DNA of 64,000 bases, from NCBI GenBank assembly GCA_012295275.1, contig CM022673.1:868001-932000 (forward strand), written 5' to 3'. This document shows, one piece after another, positions 39,903 to 54,862 of the stretch (position 1 is its first letter; each line of letters begins with the position of its first letter). The translations under genes were made by a program, and so were the position numbers. The notes under the pieces were generated by a model, which saw only the letters and a program-made list of their open reading frames with translations, was not told the origin of the DNA and did no database searches. This DNA comes from Chrysomallon squamiferum (Eukaryota > Animalia > Mollusca).

Positions 39903-42884
39903 ATGAAAGCCTTGTTTCTGGTCGTTGTTCTAGCAGGTTAGTTTATTGTACATATGTGTAATGCACATCTATGACTGTATATTATCATTATATTTGCATT
40001 GTAGGATTAAAATTCTTATTTTAATATTAATAATTATATTTCATAAGTTACCATTCCTGTGAATAGCTGTAATTTACTACGAGAATATTTTGTTCAATAC
40101 AACCGTCTGACTTCATCTGCTCATTTTCGACTGTATTTACTATTGTAGTCGTGTTGTTGTTTTTTCACAAATAATAGAGTAGATAGAAAAGTGAAATTTT
40201 AGTTTTTCTGGTCTAAACCGAGTCTATTCATCGTAGAATTCACCCATAAAATCGGTTCATAAATGCTATTACTATTATTATTATTATTATTATTATACTT
40301 CTTATGCATCACAGGGATTCTTAGTAAAGAGAAATGACTCAAGATATCCTTTGTGAACAGATTTTAATGTATCTGATGTACAACATACTGATCAAGCGAT
40401 ATTATTTATTTTTGTTCTTTTTTTCTCCAATTTAGTTCCTACTGGATCAGCACAATCTGGCAAACCCTGTGAGGCTTGTGTTAAAGCTTTCACTGATGCA
40501 GCTGATGCTAACAAGTGCACGTACGTCTTTCTATTTTTTGTCATTTACAAACAAGTTTTTACGATGATCTGTGTATGTTTTTGCTGAAATATTTAAATAT
40601 ATATATCGTAGGTTTTATTATCTTCGTTTCTAATTTAATAATTTCTTTTACTATAATTATTTGTTTTTAAATTAACATGTAAAATGTCCCATCTATACAG
40701 GTAATATATTTGTCTAAATAACAGAAATATCACCAAATCCTTTTGCTAAATAATAAACATCTCTGAAAAAAAAAAGTAAAAAAAAAAAGAAAATAAATTC
40801 TTCATGAATTATTATGTATGTACATTTTAGATGTGATCTTTTATATTCTGTACTAATGATTTCAGCGCACATATACACAAGCACACGAACTCACGCACAG
40901 ATGTACAATCATACACATATACACTCTAAAACACGTATTTGTAATTATGTTACATCTGTTCATACTGACAGAACTTCACAGAGAAAATCTGGCAACCTTC
41001 TATTAAATAATTTTTCGTTTCTTTCACAGAGCGGCTACAACAGCTGCTACATGTCTTCTTGCTGGAACTGATGCGACTTGTACTGGACAATCAGCCAACA
41101 CTGCTGAAAAACAATTAAAAGATGGCACCAACACAGTGTACAAAGTATCACAAACTAAAACATGTGGTAAAATATCATAGAAAAATTACATAAATCATTG
41201 TTTTTCCTCTTCCTTATCGTCATCATATTATGTCTTATCAGTCATCAGATGTCCTGAAACTATTATCTTTTTTATTAAGATAACTATGCGTTTTATAATG
41301 AAAATTAAATGGAAAATAATAATATTGTTTTCACTAATCCTTCCCATAATCATCATTTTCATTTTTATAATCATATAGTCATGCTTGATCACGCTGTTAT
41401 GACGATCATCATCATTATTATTAAGACCATATGGTCATCATCAATTTCTTCATTACCACGATCATACTATCTAGATCATACGGTCTTGATCATCATTTTC
41501 ATTATCATGATCATACCATTATCGTCATCATCATCATCTTCTTCTTCTTCTTTATAACGATCGTGCGTCTTCGTCATCATCATGTCAAACCGTTTTGATT
41601 ATCCTTATCATTTTATGTTAAGTAACATACATTTTATAATGAAAATTAAATGAAAAATAATAATATTGTTTTTAGTAACCCTTCCTATAATCATCATCTT
41701 CACTTTTATGATCATATCGTGATGATGATGATCATCATTATTACGATCACACCGTTTTGATCATTCTCATCATCATTATTTTGCGTTACAGTTCCTGGAA
41801 TAACTAAGTTGTGTTCATGTCAAGGACAATATGCTACTAAGGTGGCTTCCAGAACAAGCTCAACATCAAAAGAAACTAAATGCACGTAAGGAGATTTTAA
41901 TTTACGCTAACTGTCTGTTTATTTCTTTTTCTGTCTGTCTATCTCTCTGTATATCTGTATAACCACTATAATAATTTAAATTGCTAATTTCTAAAAAATG
42001 ACAATTTTCATTTTCCCAACTCAGCGATATATAAACACACACAGAAACATTCCTACATACATATATACATACATACATACATAACTGCACGAATAAATAC
42101 ATGTACACATGGGTGTGTGAAGTTGTTATTGTTTCATGTGTGCCGATCACGAACACAAAATACTACAAGACATGAGTCTCTGTTATATATGTATAAATAC
42201 ATATAAGCATATTTTTATTTGGGGATGTTGCTGATAAGAAACAGATAATGTTAGCTGTATTGTTTTATGTTTTCTTCATTCAGCGAAGCAAAAGCCTACA
42301 AGACCTGTGTAGTTGGAAAAGATGCCACCATGAAAGCCTGTGATGGAAAAACACTGCAGCCTGCTATTAAAACTGAAGCCGAGGCAAAGGTTACAGAATT
42401 TTGTAAGTATTAGTGTTAGCATAATTCTGTGCTGTTTTATTCATACATTCTAAATTAATAATTTATTTATATTACATTAGTCCAAAATGAAATAAGTTAT
42501 TTATTCCTAGGCAAAGGTTACGGAATTTTGTAAGTATTTATTTATTTATTATTTATTTATTTATTGATCGATTGATTTAATTAGTTTTCCACTGCAAAAG
42601 CTTTCCTGTCGCATAAATCTAATTTTAAAAATTAAAATAAAATCTGTTGGTAGAAATCTGATATTTATATTGTAAATTATTATATGTCATCTCAGTATAT
42701 TTAACTAAGTTTTTTTTTTTTTTTTAAACTGCAACACACGTAACTGACTGGTTATTAGGTCATTTTCACTTATCTGTTTTCAGGTCCTCAAGAGAATCAA
42801 AATAATCAAGAGAATCAAGATAATCAAAGAATCAAGATAACGCAGGAGTTTCTGTCGTTGTTGGATTCAAGCAGTTTCTGTTGA
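39903..42884 (+). CDS. Copy 5: 189-aa paralog; a last-exon frameshift replaces the GPI-type tail (ancestral stop at 42923-42925)
   Basis: Exons 39903-39936, 40436-40520, 41030-41166, 41792-41885, 42284-42402, 42784-42884. MKALFLVVVLAVPTGSAQSGKPCEACVKAFTDAADANKCTAATTAATCLLAGTDATCTGQSANTAEKQLKDGTNTVYKVSQTKTCVPGITKLCSCQGQYATKVASRTSSTSKETKCTEAKAYKTCVVGKDATMKACDGKTLQPAIKTEAEAKVTEFCPQENQNNQENQDNQRIKITQEFLSLLDSSSFC. Confidence 0.85.
42789..42841 (+). repeat. Coding 9-bp tandem repeat (CAA-GAG/GAT/AAT-AAT) with one 8-bp unit
   Basis: Six units here, two in copy 3 (25302-25319), none in copies 1, 2, 4 and 6. Confidence 0.9.
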
Positions 42885-43215
42885 TGTTCGCTTTGGCTCT
42901 GTTTCAGAACTGTTTGAAATATTAATGTTTGTCCTGATACGTCAAACTGACGAACTCTTTTCTCTGTGAAACTCAGAGTTTCTGTTTCTAATCATGAACC
43001 AATAGACGTGTTTTGAAGTTTATTTTATCCTGACCTAGCAGTAACCAAGTTTTATTTATTATACTTAAATATATATATAATGGATATATGAAGTGAACTG
43101 AATTCACTGAATGCTACATCCATTTTTTAATTAATGTATTTTAAAGTTTTAAGCTAGATGTGAAATAAAATATAAAATTAAATATGATTCTAGTTTCATT
43201 TCTATATAATTATTA

Positions 43216-43258
<43 letters not shown>

Positions 43259-43427
43259 ATGTCTTTGCGTATATATATATATTTTGTTTGTTTCTCTGTA
43301 TGTATGTATGTATGTACGTAAGTATCTTTCTGTAAGCCTCTATTTGTATATATGTGTTTTAGTGTGTATGTTTATGTAATAACAACAACAAAAACAAGAC
43401 TCCTAGTACTGCTACCACTACTATTAC

Positions 43428-43468
<41 letters not shown>

Positions 43469-43770
43469 GTAATAGTAACAACAAAATTAACAATGATAAT
43501 AATAATAATAAAATTAATAATAATAAAATGAGCATTACCTGTATTCATATAAAATTCTGGTTCTTATGTAAATTTACTCCGGTTAGGAATGTTCGTTTTT
43601 CTCCGTGTTCAACAGTCATTGCAGCTCCGTAATTCAGGGGAGATAAATAACGAACTTCTATACCCCGTTTAACAGTAGTCTCCCTTCTGCATTAGAATCT
43701 AAGAAGCCATAATTGTGTCTTGAGTGTCCAAATTAGTTTCGAAATAGTAATAATAATAATAGTAATAATA

Positions 43771-43830
<60 letters not shown>

Positions 43831-45013
43831 GTAATAGTAATAATAATAATACCAGTAGCCAAAATTAAGCTTACATGTATCTGACATTACCCACTGCTAT
43901 CATACAGTTCTGTTAAAACCGGATCGTATTACACAGAACTGTATGGCCAGCTTTAATCGCCTATGTTTATTTAATACTGTATCACGTGGAATCATCCTTG
44001 ACCTGTATCGTGATATTTAATGTCAGGTTTCACGTGTAATATGCAATTAGACTTTTTATTTGTTGTTGTAACTGCATTGGTTAATTTAGATAATGAATAT
44101 ATTTAACATGTACTGCAAATTGTAGATATCGATGAGACTCAGTTACAATCTGAGCTATGTGAACATGTACAAAAATGGTTAAAGATCCATTTAAGCGGAT
44201 TTTGTTTTTGTTTGTTAACTCAGTTTATGTACAAAATGCAAGAGTAGTGTATTATAAAGTAAAGGTGACATTAAATTAGTTTTAACTGATTTAATTGTTT
44301 AAGAACAAAGAATTTCAATTGCTTTACACTGTCTGCTGGCGATTAATTACCATTTCAAATAGATTAAAATAAAAATAATTTTACCACAGAAAAGTTAACA
44401 GTGATTATTTTTATTTAACTTAACAAATGACCTTTCTGAATTTCAAGAGCAACAGCATGTCCAGTTTAAAAGAACAAAACAATGAAGTACAAGTCAGTGT
44501 TGTCTAAAGGAAAAGCTACAAACTAATGAATATTTCCAAATTTGTTTCTCATCTTGTCTTAATAAGATCATGTTGTATTACTGAAAATAGAATTCGAGGT
44601 AAACAGACGTCGAATTATATTTTCAGTTTCATACTAAACATTTAGCTTCTATTTGAGGACATTCCATATCATATTTAACATATTTTCAGTGAACATATTG
44701 ATTTTTGTTTTAACTAACGTTTTTGTTCTGAATACTGGAGACAGATATAACCTTTTACATTATCAGGTAAAAGGGAGGTAATTGTGAAATATTGATAAAA
44801 GTCTGTTTTTCATGTCCCCCGTAATAAGGAAAGTCTAATGAGCATAAAACGAACACGTTTAGAACATGCGTCCTATACAGAATAAATTTACATAAACACT
44901 AAAATTTCATATGAATATTGGTTACGGTATTGGTACTGCTGCAGTTGCCGTAAAGATACATACGTACTTAATACACGCACAAACATACATACCTACCTAC
45001 ATACATACATACA

Positions 45014-45047
<34 letters not shown>

Positions 45048-45437
45048 CATACACACATAAATACATACATACATACATACATATATACATAGATACATAT
45101 ATACATATACATATACATACATATATACACACATACATACATACATATATACATACATATACACATAAATACATACATACATATGTAGACAATGACAGAA
45201 GAATTTTTTTAAAGACACTTAAAACAATGTACAAAGTCGTTGATGAATATAGTTGTATGTTTTCTTATATATTTTTAGCAATATCCCAATATTTGTATTG
45301 TTATTCTTTTTTTCTTTTTCTTCTTCTTCTTCTTATTATTATTATTAATCTTATTGTTATTGTTGTTGTTGTTACTGTTGTTGTTATCTTCATGACTGAC
45401 ATCACTATATTTTTATATATATAAACAATAACAACAA

Positions 45438-45474
<37 letters not shown>

Positions 45475-45629
45475 AATAATAAAAATAATAATAGAAATTG
45501 TATAGAAATGAATGAAAAATCACATTTAATTTCATATTGTTTTATTTTTTCTTCAGATCTAATTTTAAAATAAAAATTGGTGATACCGTTAAATGACTCC
45601 AATACACGTCATATAACCATTACACATAT

Positions 45630-46073
45630 AGCACGGGGTGGACAGAAAGTTACTTTATTGTAATACTATTCTATAAGACACTGATAAAATTTCGGTTCAA
45701 TCACTTTTGAGACAAGACTGTGATTCGGTTGCATAATTTCAAAGAAAATCACTCAGATGCAATATGGTGCAACTCCTCGTTACAATAGGAAAATACGAGA
45801 AATTGTCGATACCACTTTGATTTGCGGACTGAAACAAGAAGTACATACATTTGAGTAGCTTTCATTATCTTCTGATCTTAAGCACTTAGATTTCGCCGTT
45901 CAGAACAAAAAGTTTACAAGGCAATGTCTTAAGGAATTGAAAGAAGGAATAACAGCAGAATTTGAGAAAATGAAAAATGACGAGGCACTGAGAAAAATAA
46001 TTTGCCACTGTGTTTTTAGACTATGCCAACTTTTTTAGGGGAAGAAGGAGACAGTTTTGAACATCTGCTATAA
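45630..46073 (+). mobile_element. Degenerate Tc1/mariner-superfamily transposon remnant
   Basis: Translated pieces LSSDLKHLDF (cf. SPDLxPLDF motif), LKELKEGITAEFEKM and terminal GEEGDSFEHLL* (cf. GGHFEHLL* C-terminus), broken by frameshifts. CACGGGGTGGACAGAAAGT at about 45632 resembles a TIR start. Confidence 0.55.
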
Positions 46074-46192
46074 TTTGATTGATTTATAGGATGTAATTTA
46101 CTGAAAATATTACTTGAGGTATATTTAGTTCAAATTTGATTGTATTAATAAAATAGTATACCAGTAAAGCAACGTTTTGCCTCTCCTTTTTT

Positions 46193-46223
<31 letters not shown>

Positions 46224-46372
46224 ATGTATGTGCATATATATATATATATATATTACAGGATAAATAAGTTTGAAAATACGTCTGTTGTTTCATGTTTCGA
46301 ATCAGACAACAAAACAGGAACTTTGAGTCTCATAAAGACAAGAGTCGTCAGTTTGACGTATCAGGACAAACA

Positions 46373-47166
46373 TTAATATTTCAAATAGTTCTGAAACAGA
46401 GCCAAAGCGATCATCATCAGAAACTGCTTGACTCCAACAACGACAGAGATTCCTTCATTACCTGAAATCAAAATACAAAATTGAATATCGTGTCATAAAC
46501 ATTTATAAAACTTTGGATTAGCTTTCTAAAAACACTTAGTTTATTATACTGAATTCTATATACGAATAAACAATTTAAACGATATAAAATAAAATACCAA
46601 GAATTTTTCTCTTTTTTTGTGAAAACTTAACTATTTTTCTTCGTTTGAAATAGATACATAAGACAGCATGCAAACATATGATTATTCGCAAAAACGAATG
46701 GCATTTACCTACAGAATTTTGTAATATCAGATTCTGTTTTAACAGAAGACTATTAAAAATATGTTGATAAAACAACATAGAATTTTGCTGGCAAATGCCT
46801 CTAATGCTGATATACAGATCCTGCAGACAAACCACCAATAACAGTTTTATTTACTCACAGAATTCTGTAAGCTTTCCTTCGGCTTCAGTTTTAATAGCAG
46901 GCTGCAGTTTTTTTCCATCACAGGCTTTCATTGCGGCATCTTTTCCAACTACACAGGTCTTGTAGGCTTTGGCTTCGCTGAATGAAGAAAACATAAAACA
47001 ATACAGCTAACATTATCTGTTTTTTATCAGCAACATCCCCATATAAAAAATATGCTTATATGCATTTATACATTTAAACACACGCACACATACACACATA
47101 CATAAATACATAGATTCATACATACATCCATACATATATACATACGTATATACATTCATACATATA

Positions 47167-47212
<46 letters not shown>

Positions 47213-48915
47213 ATACACAAATACACACATCTTACATACATACATACGTTCGTTAATATAACAACATATAAATATTCATACTGAAATATTCTTTATATGA
47301 ACATTTGTACAGTATCTTAGTCATATAATTATTTCAGTAGAAACAAATCTACACACTTGCATTTTGTTGCCGTTGATGTCGAGTCTATTCTGGAAGCCGC
47401 CTTGGTAGCATACTCTGCCTGACAGGAACATAAATCAGTTATTCCTGGAACCGTAACAAGAGGAAAATGATAATGATGGACGTGATGATGACAACATCAT
47501 GATGACATCATGATCGCGACAACGTTACGATGACCATGATGATGAGAACTGTGATATGAAAGATGTTGGAAAATTACATTTTAATATATAATCATTATTA
47601 GTCTGAGATTTTACTTTAAATATGAATTTGTCAGAGCTGTTGGTTGTCTGATACTAAACTAATTATTATATTTATGATGACGACGATTAAAGACATTTTA
47701 AAAAAAAATAAAAAAGATTTAGACCGTAAAAAAATTATAAACTCATTGCAGAGGAGTTTTGTATTGTTTTTTTAATAAATATAAAATACAAATTTATCAA
47801 ACATTTTGTTCTTTGCAATACGACGATGATAAGGGGAAAAAAATGATTTATTTAAATTTTCTGTGATGTTTTACCACAGCTTTTAGTTTTTGCAACTTTG
47901 TACACTGTGTCGGTGCCGTCTTTTAACTGTTTCTCAGCAGTGTATTCTGAATCTCCAGTACAAGTGTCATCAGTTCCAGCAAGAAGACATGTAGCAGCTG
48001 TTACAGCCGCTCTGAGAAAGAAACGAAAAAATCATTTAACAGACCCAAACACGTATAGTTCAGTTATCACTTTTCAAAACATTATTGTTGAGAATGTATT
48101 AGCTTTAAGCACCAGTGTCTTGATTTTAATGTATGAATGTTACTATATACTTAATGGCGGCTCCTTTAAAGAATTTATCAGCAATAAGCTGCATTTATAT
48201 TTTTCTTACATATAAATAAAAACACATACACACACACGCACACAAAACAAATACGTACGTGCACTTGTCACCGTCTTCTGCAGCTGAGAACGCAGTAACA
48301 CATTCTGTACAGGTAGACGTTGCTGGTTTTATAGCTACAAAAAATTGTTAGAGAAAAAGTAAACAACAGCAACAGCAACAACAAAAACAAAAATAAAAAC
48401 CTACTAATAATATATATGTAATATATCTTAAAACAAATGTATTATATGCATTGAAAGATGTCATCCTTTTTCTTTGCTGTTCTTAATTCTAAAAGTCGCA
48501 ATACATTAGGCCTAATATATCTGCATTTCATACGCACACGTTCATTGTTAAGTAACAAAACAGAAAGAATTTCTGATGATAAAGTTAGACAATGCCAGTG
48601 AAATATCGAGTTAGTAGATGAGATAAATCTCTGGTATCTTTCTTTATTAATTTTTCAGAGTCTCAGATCTGAGAGGAAACTTTTAATGAAACCTTGAAAT
48701 CGATTCGGAAAATATGTTTAATATAAAACGAAGTAAAAAGAAACAAAATGTAAAGTTAAATTGTTTTAAGCTTTGTTATTTTATGATTTGTACAAAATAT
48801 TTTTAAGAATACGTATCTGACCTTTACTGTCAGTTATGTTTCAAAACTTCTAAACTGTTCAATAAATAAAGAAATACAAACCTTTTAGCAAAACGATCAG
48901 AAATAACGCTTTCAT
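46373..48915 (-). CDS. Copy 6: inverted, more diverged 180-aa paralog
   Basis: Exons (minus) 48915-48882, 48334-48259, 48011-47875, 47444-47357, 46977-46859, 46461-46373 (543 nt, open using the shifted exon-4 acceptor). MKALFLIVLLKAIKPATSTCTECVTAFSAAEDGDKCTAAVTAATCLLAGTDDTCTGDSEYTAEKQLKDGTDTVYKVAKTKSCGITDLCSCQAEYATKAASRIDSTSTATKCNEAKAYKTCVVGKDAAMKACDGKKLQPAIKTEAEGKLTEFCNEGISVVVGVKQFLMMIALALFQNYLKY. Confidence 0.88.
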
Positions 48916-49052
48916 GTTTGACAAATTTCTTGGTTTTTCCTTCCAACTTCTCGAAACGAGTCTCTGGTGTGATTTGAAAATTTGAGCCTTTCTTATTTAT
49001 ACATTAGTATTGCGAAGGTAATTACCACTTTTATGGGTGGTAGATAATATTC
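48916..49052 (-). promoter_or_regulatory. Core promoter/5' UTR of copy 6 (TATA box 48996-49001)
   Basis: TATAAA 81 nt from the ATG. GAATATTATCTACCACC and GTTGGAAGGAAAAACCAAGAA match the copy 1-5 promoter motifs. Confidence 0.7.
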
Positions 49053-49849
49053 ACTTCTCTTTGTCAGTGGTTTATGTCATGTTGTATCATCGAACAGTCG
49101 CCCTTGAACACGTTTGAACAAACACTGGTGCCAAGTAATATTTACGTTAGAAGAAAAAAAAATTTTCAAAGAAAAAAGAAAGAGAGATGCTTTGATGTTT
49201 GATGGATGACGAAAACAACTTTGTTAGAAATAAGGTGTCTGAAATTGATGGTTATTATGGGTAGTATTACCTAAACGAAAAAAAGGAGAAGCCACAGTTT
49301 ATTAATACCGACAACTATTCTATTACTTTAATTTCTTTTTATTCAGCCTGAAAAATATTCGCTTATTTTAATCTCTTTTACTTTCTTTCCATTTTTTTTT
49401 CATTCTTTTAATATGACAATCATTTTTTTTTTTTTCTTTATTGTCAGTTTTCTTTGTACTGAGTTTTCCTTTTTAAAATTTATTTTGACAAATATTCTGT
49501 TTGATCCAGCTGCGTGTTCATTTCGTTTTGTTCATTAACCAGTAAAAATGACTGGACCACCGCAGTGTTTTCTTCTTCTACTCTCTGCTGTCTTCTGGGA
49601 CATAGCCAGTTCTTTCTCTGTTGTTATTCCATCCCTTGTAAGCGACAACAAGACAATAATAATGATAATACATTATGAATAACAAATACGTAAGTAACAA
49701 AAAAAAAATTCTATTAATAATGCAGTTTTTTTTAAAAGAAAATGTTTTTTTTGTGTGTTTTTTTTTCATTTGATCTAAACATAGAAAACATGTTTGGCTG
49801 ATATATACCAAGGGCTGCCGAAATCATGCTTGTATTATTCAAAATCTGT

Positions 49850-49868
49850 ATTATTGTTATTATTATTA

Positions 49869-49909
<41 letters not shown>

Positions 49910-50042
49910 GTTATTATTATTATTATTGTTGTTATTATTATTATTGTTATTGTTATTATTATTATTATTGTTGTTATTGTTATTGTTATTATTATTATTA
50001 TTATTGTTGTTGTTGTTATTATTATTATTATTATTATTATTA
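49850..50042. repeat. (ATT/GTT)n microsatellite
   Basis: Read directly from the sequence. Confidence 0.95.
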
Positions 50043-51877
50043 ACTATTTATCTGTTTATTATTCCAATTGTACACAGTCACAGAAGCTAATTTTGTAATT
50101 TTTCAGTTTATTATATTTTGTAAAGAACATACATTTGATGAAGGATATATCTAAATCATACCATATAGGCAATTTACATATCCCATTTTATTATTATAAT
50201 TATTATTAGTAATAATATTATTATTATTACTACTACAGCTGTTTTATTATTTCTCATTTCTATCTTTTACATTATGTATAAAAGCATTAAATATATATAT
50301 TTAAAAATTACACACGCACAAACATACTGATCACTTTCATCAGCGGTTGGAACGGGATATATCTGAGTTATTATTGGTGACGATAATGAGGATCAATACT
50401 CCTTACTGTCTTTATTCTGTTATATTCGATTTCAAAGAGTAAAAAAAGCAGTCCGTATATAACAGCCACGTTTATCTGGTTTTATTTTCCCTTTTTTCTC
50501 TTTTTTCTTTTTTTATCCTCATTCATTGCTATGATTAGTCAGGAAAGCAAAATGTTTGACATCTAAAAACTCTGAATAATAACGTGTGATGTTTTCATTT
50601 ATTTGTTGTTGTTTTTTTGTTACCTAATTTGTCTTCAACACTTTCACACAGCTGAATGTTCACAGTGTATACACACAAGGTAGGCGACGGACGATTTTGT
50701 ATAAGAATGTCAAAATCAGTGACTTAACAAAACCGTTCAAGCAGAACATCACAATAATTACGTCAACAACAACAACAACAACAACAAAAAATAATAATAA
50801 CAAAAATAATTTTTTAAATTAATAATAATAAAAAATATAAAAATTAAAAATTAATTAATAATAATAATAATAATTATTATTATTATTATTATTTTTTTTT
50901 TTTTTTTTTTTTTTAGTAGAAATGACGTTCAGATAACAGATGAAGGCAATACCCAGTGTTCAAAAACTTTTCAATTATGTAAATAACAAATACAAATTTA
51001 CAAAAACATTTTTACCTAAAACGACCGTATTTACATCCTTTAACATTTTACAAAACGACAACAGTTAATTTAGTCACAAATTCCCCTTGCATTACTTTTC
51101 ATACTGAAATGATCATTCTAAAACCTTAACATATAACAAACATAGGTCATCTGTTGAAAAACCGTTCGACATTAAATTCTGTTTTGTAACTGAAAGACCG
51201 AATTCCTTTTGCTTAATACTTTTAAACTATTACGTCTTATAGTGAACTGCTACTGTTGTAAAAGTATTATTTTACTACATTTATTGTCGCAGTATCTGAA
51301 TGGAAAAGTCAACGTAAATTACTTTGGCCAAAGTATATAAGTGATAAATCCATCTCCATTTTATTCCACATAATATGCAAACCACTCATGCATCGGATTC
51401 AAAGAATTTACGACTACGATTGTCTAACACTGTTTAATGTTAACAGTAATTGTATAATGATATTATCTGGAAGGTCAGTTTGGCCGTTTACCTTTGTATG
51501 AAGTCTTCTAACTGAAAATTAAAAGCAAAAAAGAAAAGACAAAAAGAGAAAAACAAATTGATGATTAAGTCGTTATAAGAACAAATTATCTCTTTGTAGA
51601 AATCTTTTTGGTTTATTCAGTATCAAAATGTAAAACAGATGCCATGATTCATATCTGTAATATCTGTTTTAAAAGAATCGAAGACATTCATTAACGAAAG
51701 GAAATATTTTTCACTTTTTTCTTTTGAGAACTATATCAAAATGTTTTATAAGACTGGGCCGGCATGTAACGTGCCTTGTCGACCCATGTTTATGACAATT
51801 GTAGTAACGTTTATAGTTATTATGGTAAGCATTTTAATATTCAATATAATTAATATAAAGGGAATACTGTTTTCGTG

Positions 51878-53250
<1,373 letters not shown>

Positions 53251-54266
53251 CTCACTCACCTGTCTATCTAATTTGACAAATTATATATAATTCACAAGCT
53301 GCTTACTTTGCCGTGATTACCTGTAACTACACACGCAAACCAGACTTAAGAAAACACGCAGTTATGAGTCATCTAACAATATTATTACGTGTGCAGAGCA
53401 ACCCGCTCACAGAGCCACTTAATAATTTATTTTACCTTTCTACGCTGCGATGATTATATTGAATTAGGGTCGACTTAGTATTAAAATTGTAAATCTTGGC
53501 GAAAAGCAGTCTGTCTTTTATTTTTTTTTAAATAATTAAAAAAAATAAAAAATAAAAAAAAGAATAATAACATTTAGGCAAAAATAGGTGTCTAGTAACA
53601 GCATAAATAATTATTTGAATTTCGATACCTGGGTTTTTTTTTTTGTTGTTGTTTTTTTCTCACTGTTTTATTAAATTAAATATACTTCTATGCCTTGTTC
53701 GTGTCAACCAGGATTGTTAATTTAATAATCATTAATAACACAGGTATTCCCTGCGTAGCGCTCGATCGTTCCTTCAAAGGATACTGCAGCATGTTCGTTC
53801 AAGGATAAAGGAACAGCCTGCAGCTGCAGACTTTCCCAAAGATGTGGTTGAATGGTTTTGATTCTCACAGTGAAAATGATTCTGATGCGCGCAGCTAACA
53901 GACAGAAGAGAAGGAAATATTTTACTTTTTTTTGTTTGTTGGGTAGATTATTCTTTGTGGAATGTCAGCGCATATTTCAAGTGTTGTGGTTGCTATGATT
54001 GCTGATGATGTTATTGCTGTTTTGTTTTTGTTACTGTCATCATCGTCGTCGTCATTGTCATCATTATTTTTTTTTTTTTTTCTGGCATTCTTCTTTTTTT
54101 TTTTTTTTTTGACTGATTCTTTAACCAGTTTTTATGAGTTACACACTTAAGATAATATGCCATTCCAAATTTAATTTTTTTCTTGTTTGTCTAAGGTTAT
54201 ATGAAATATCTCTTGTTGTTAATATACCTTTATATTATTATTATTATCATTATTATTATTATTATT

Positions 54267-54302
<36 letters not shown>

Positions 54303-54829
54303 ATACAATATAATAATAATATTAACAATAAACAAATAAACAACAGTAGTATTAGTAGTAGTAACAGCAGCAGTAGCAGTAATAGTGGCAGTGGTAGTAG
54401 TAGCAGTAGAAGTAATAATAGTAATAGTAATAGTAATAGTAATAATAATTATTATAATTAGAAGAAAGAAAGGAAGAAAAAAAAATTATTTAACAGGTGA
54501 CAACTATTAATAATAAAGTGTTCAAATGTCGCCTAGAAGTGTTTTCTCACTCATCATTCAACGAGTGAACAACAATTTATCTTTGAAATTAATGTTACAT
54601 CGCCTTACGTGTGTGCGTAAATCCTACGTTTATCGTACGTTAGCGCCCTTCTTTTAACTCTAAGCTGTACTTGACGGTTAGTTTGACAGTTTTAACTGAC
54701 AGCAATTTCTTGATGAAAGAAAAAAGCTGTGAATCCGCTAACTTAGATTATGAATCAATAATGTTTCGAGTGTCGGTGAAATAATGTTTCGGTCTTAGAA
54801 TACTACTACTACTGCTGCTGCTGCTGCTT

Positions 54830-54862
<33 letters not shown>

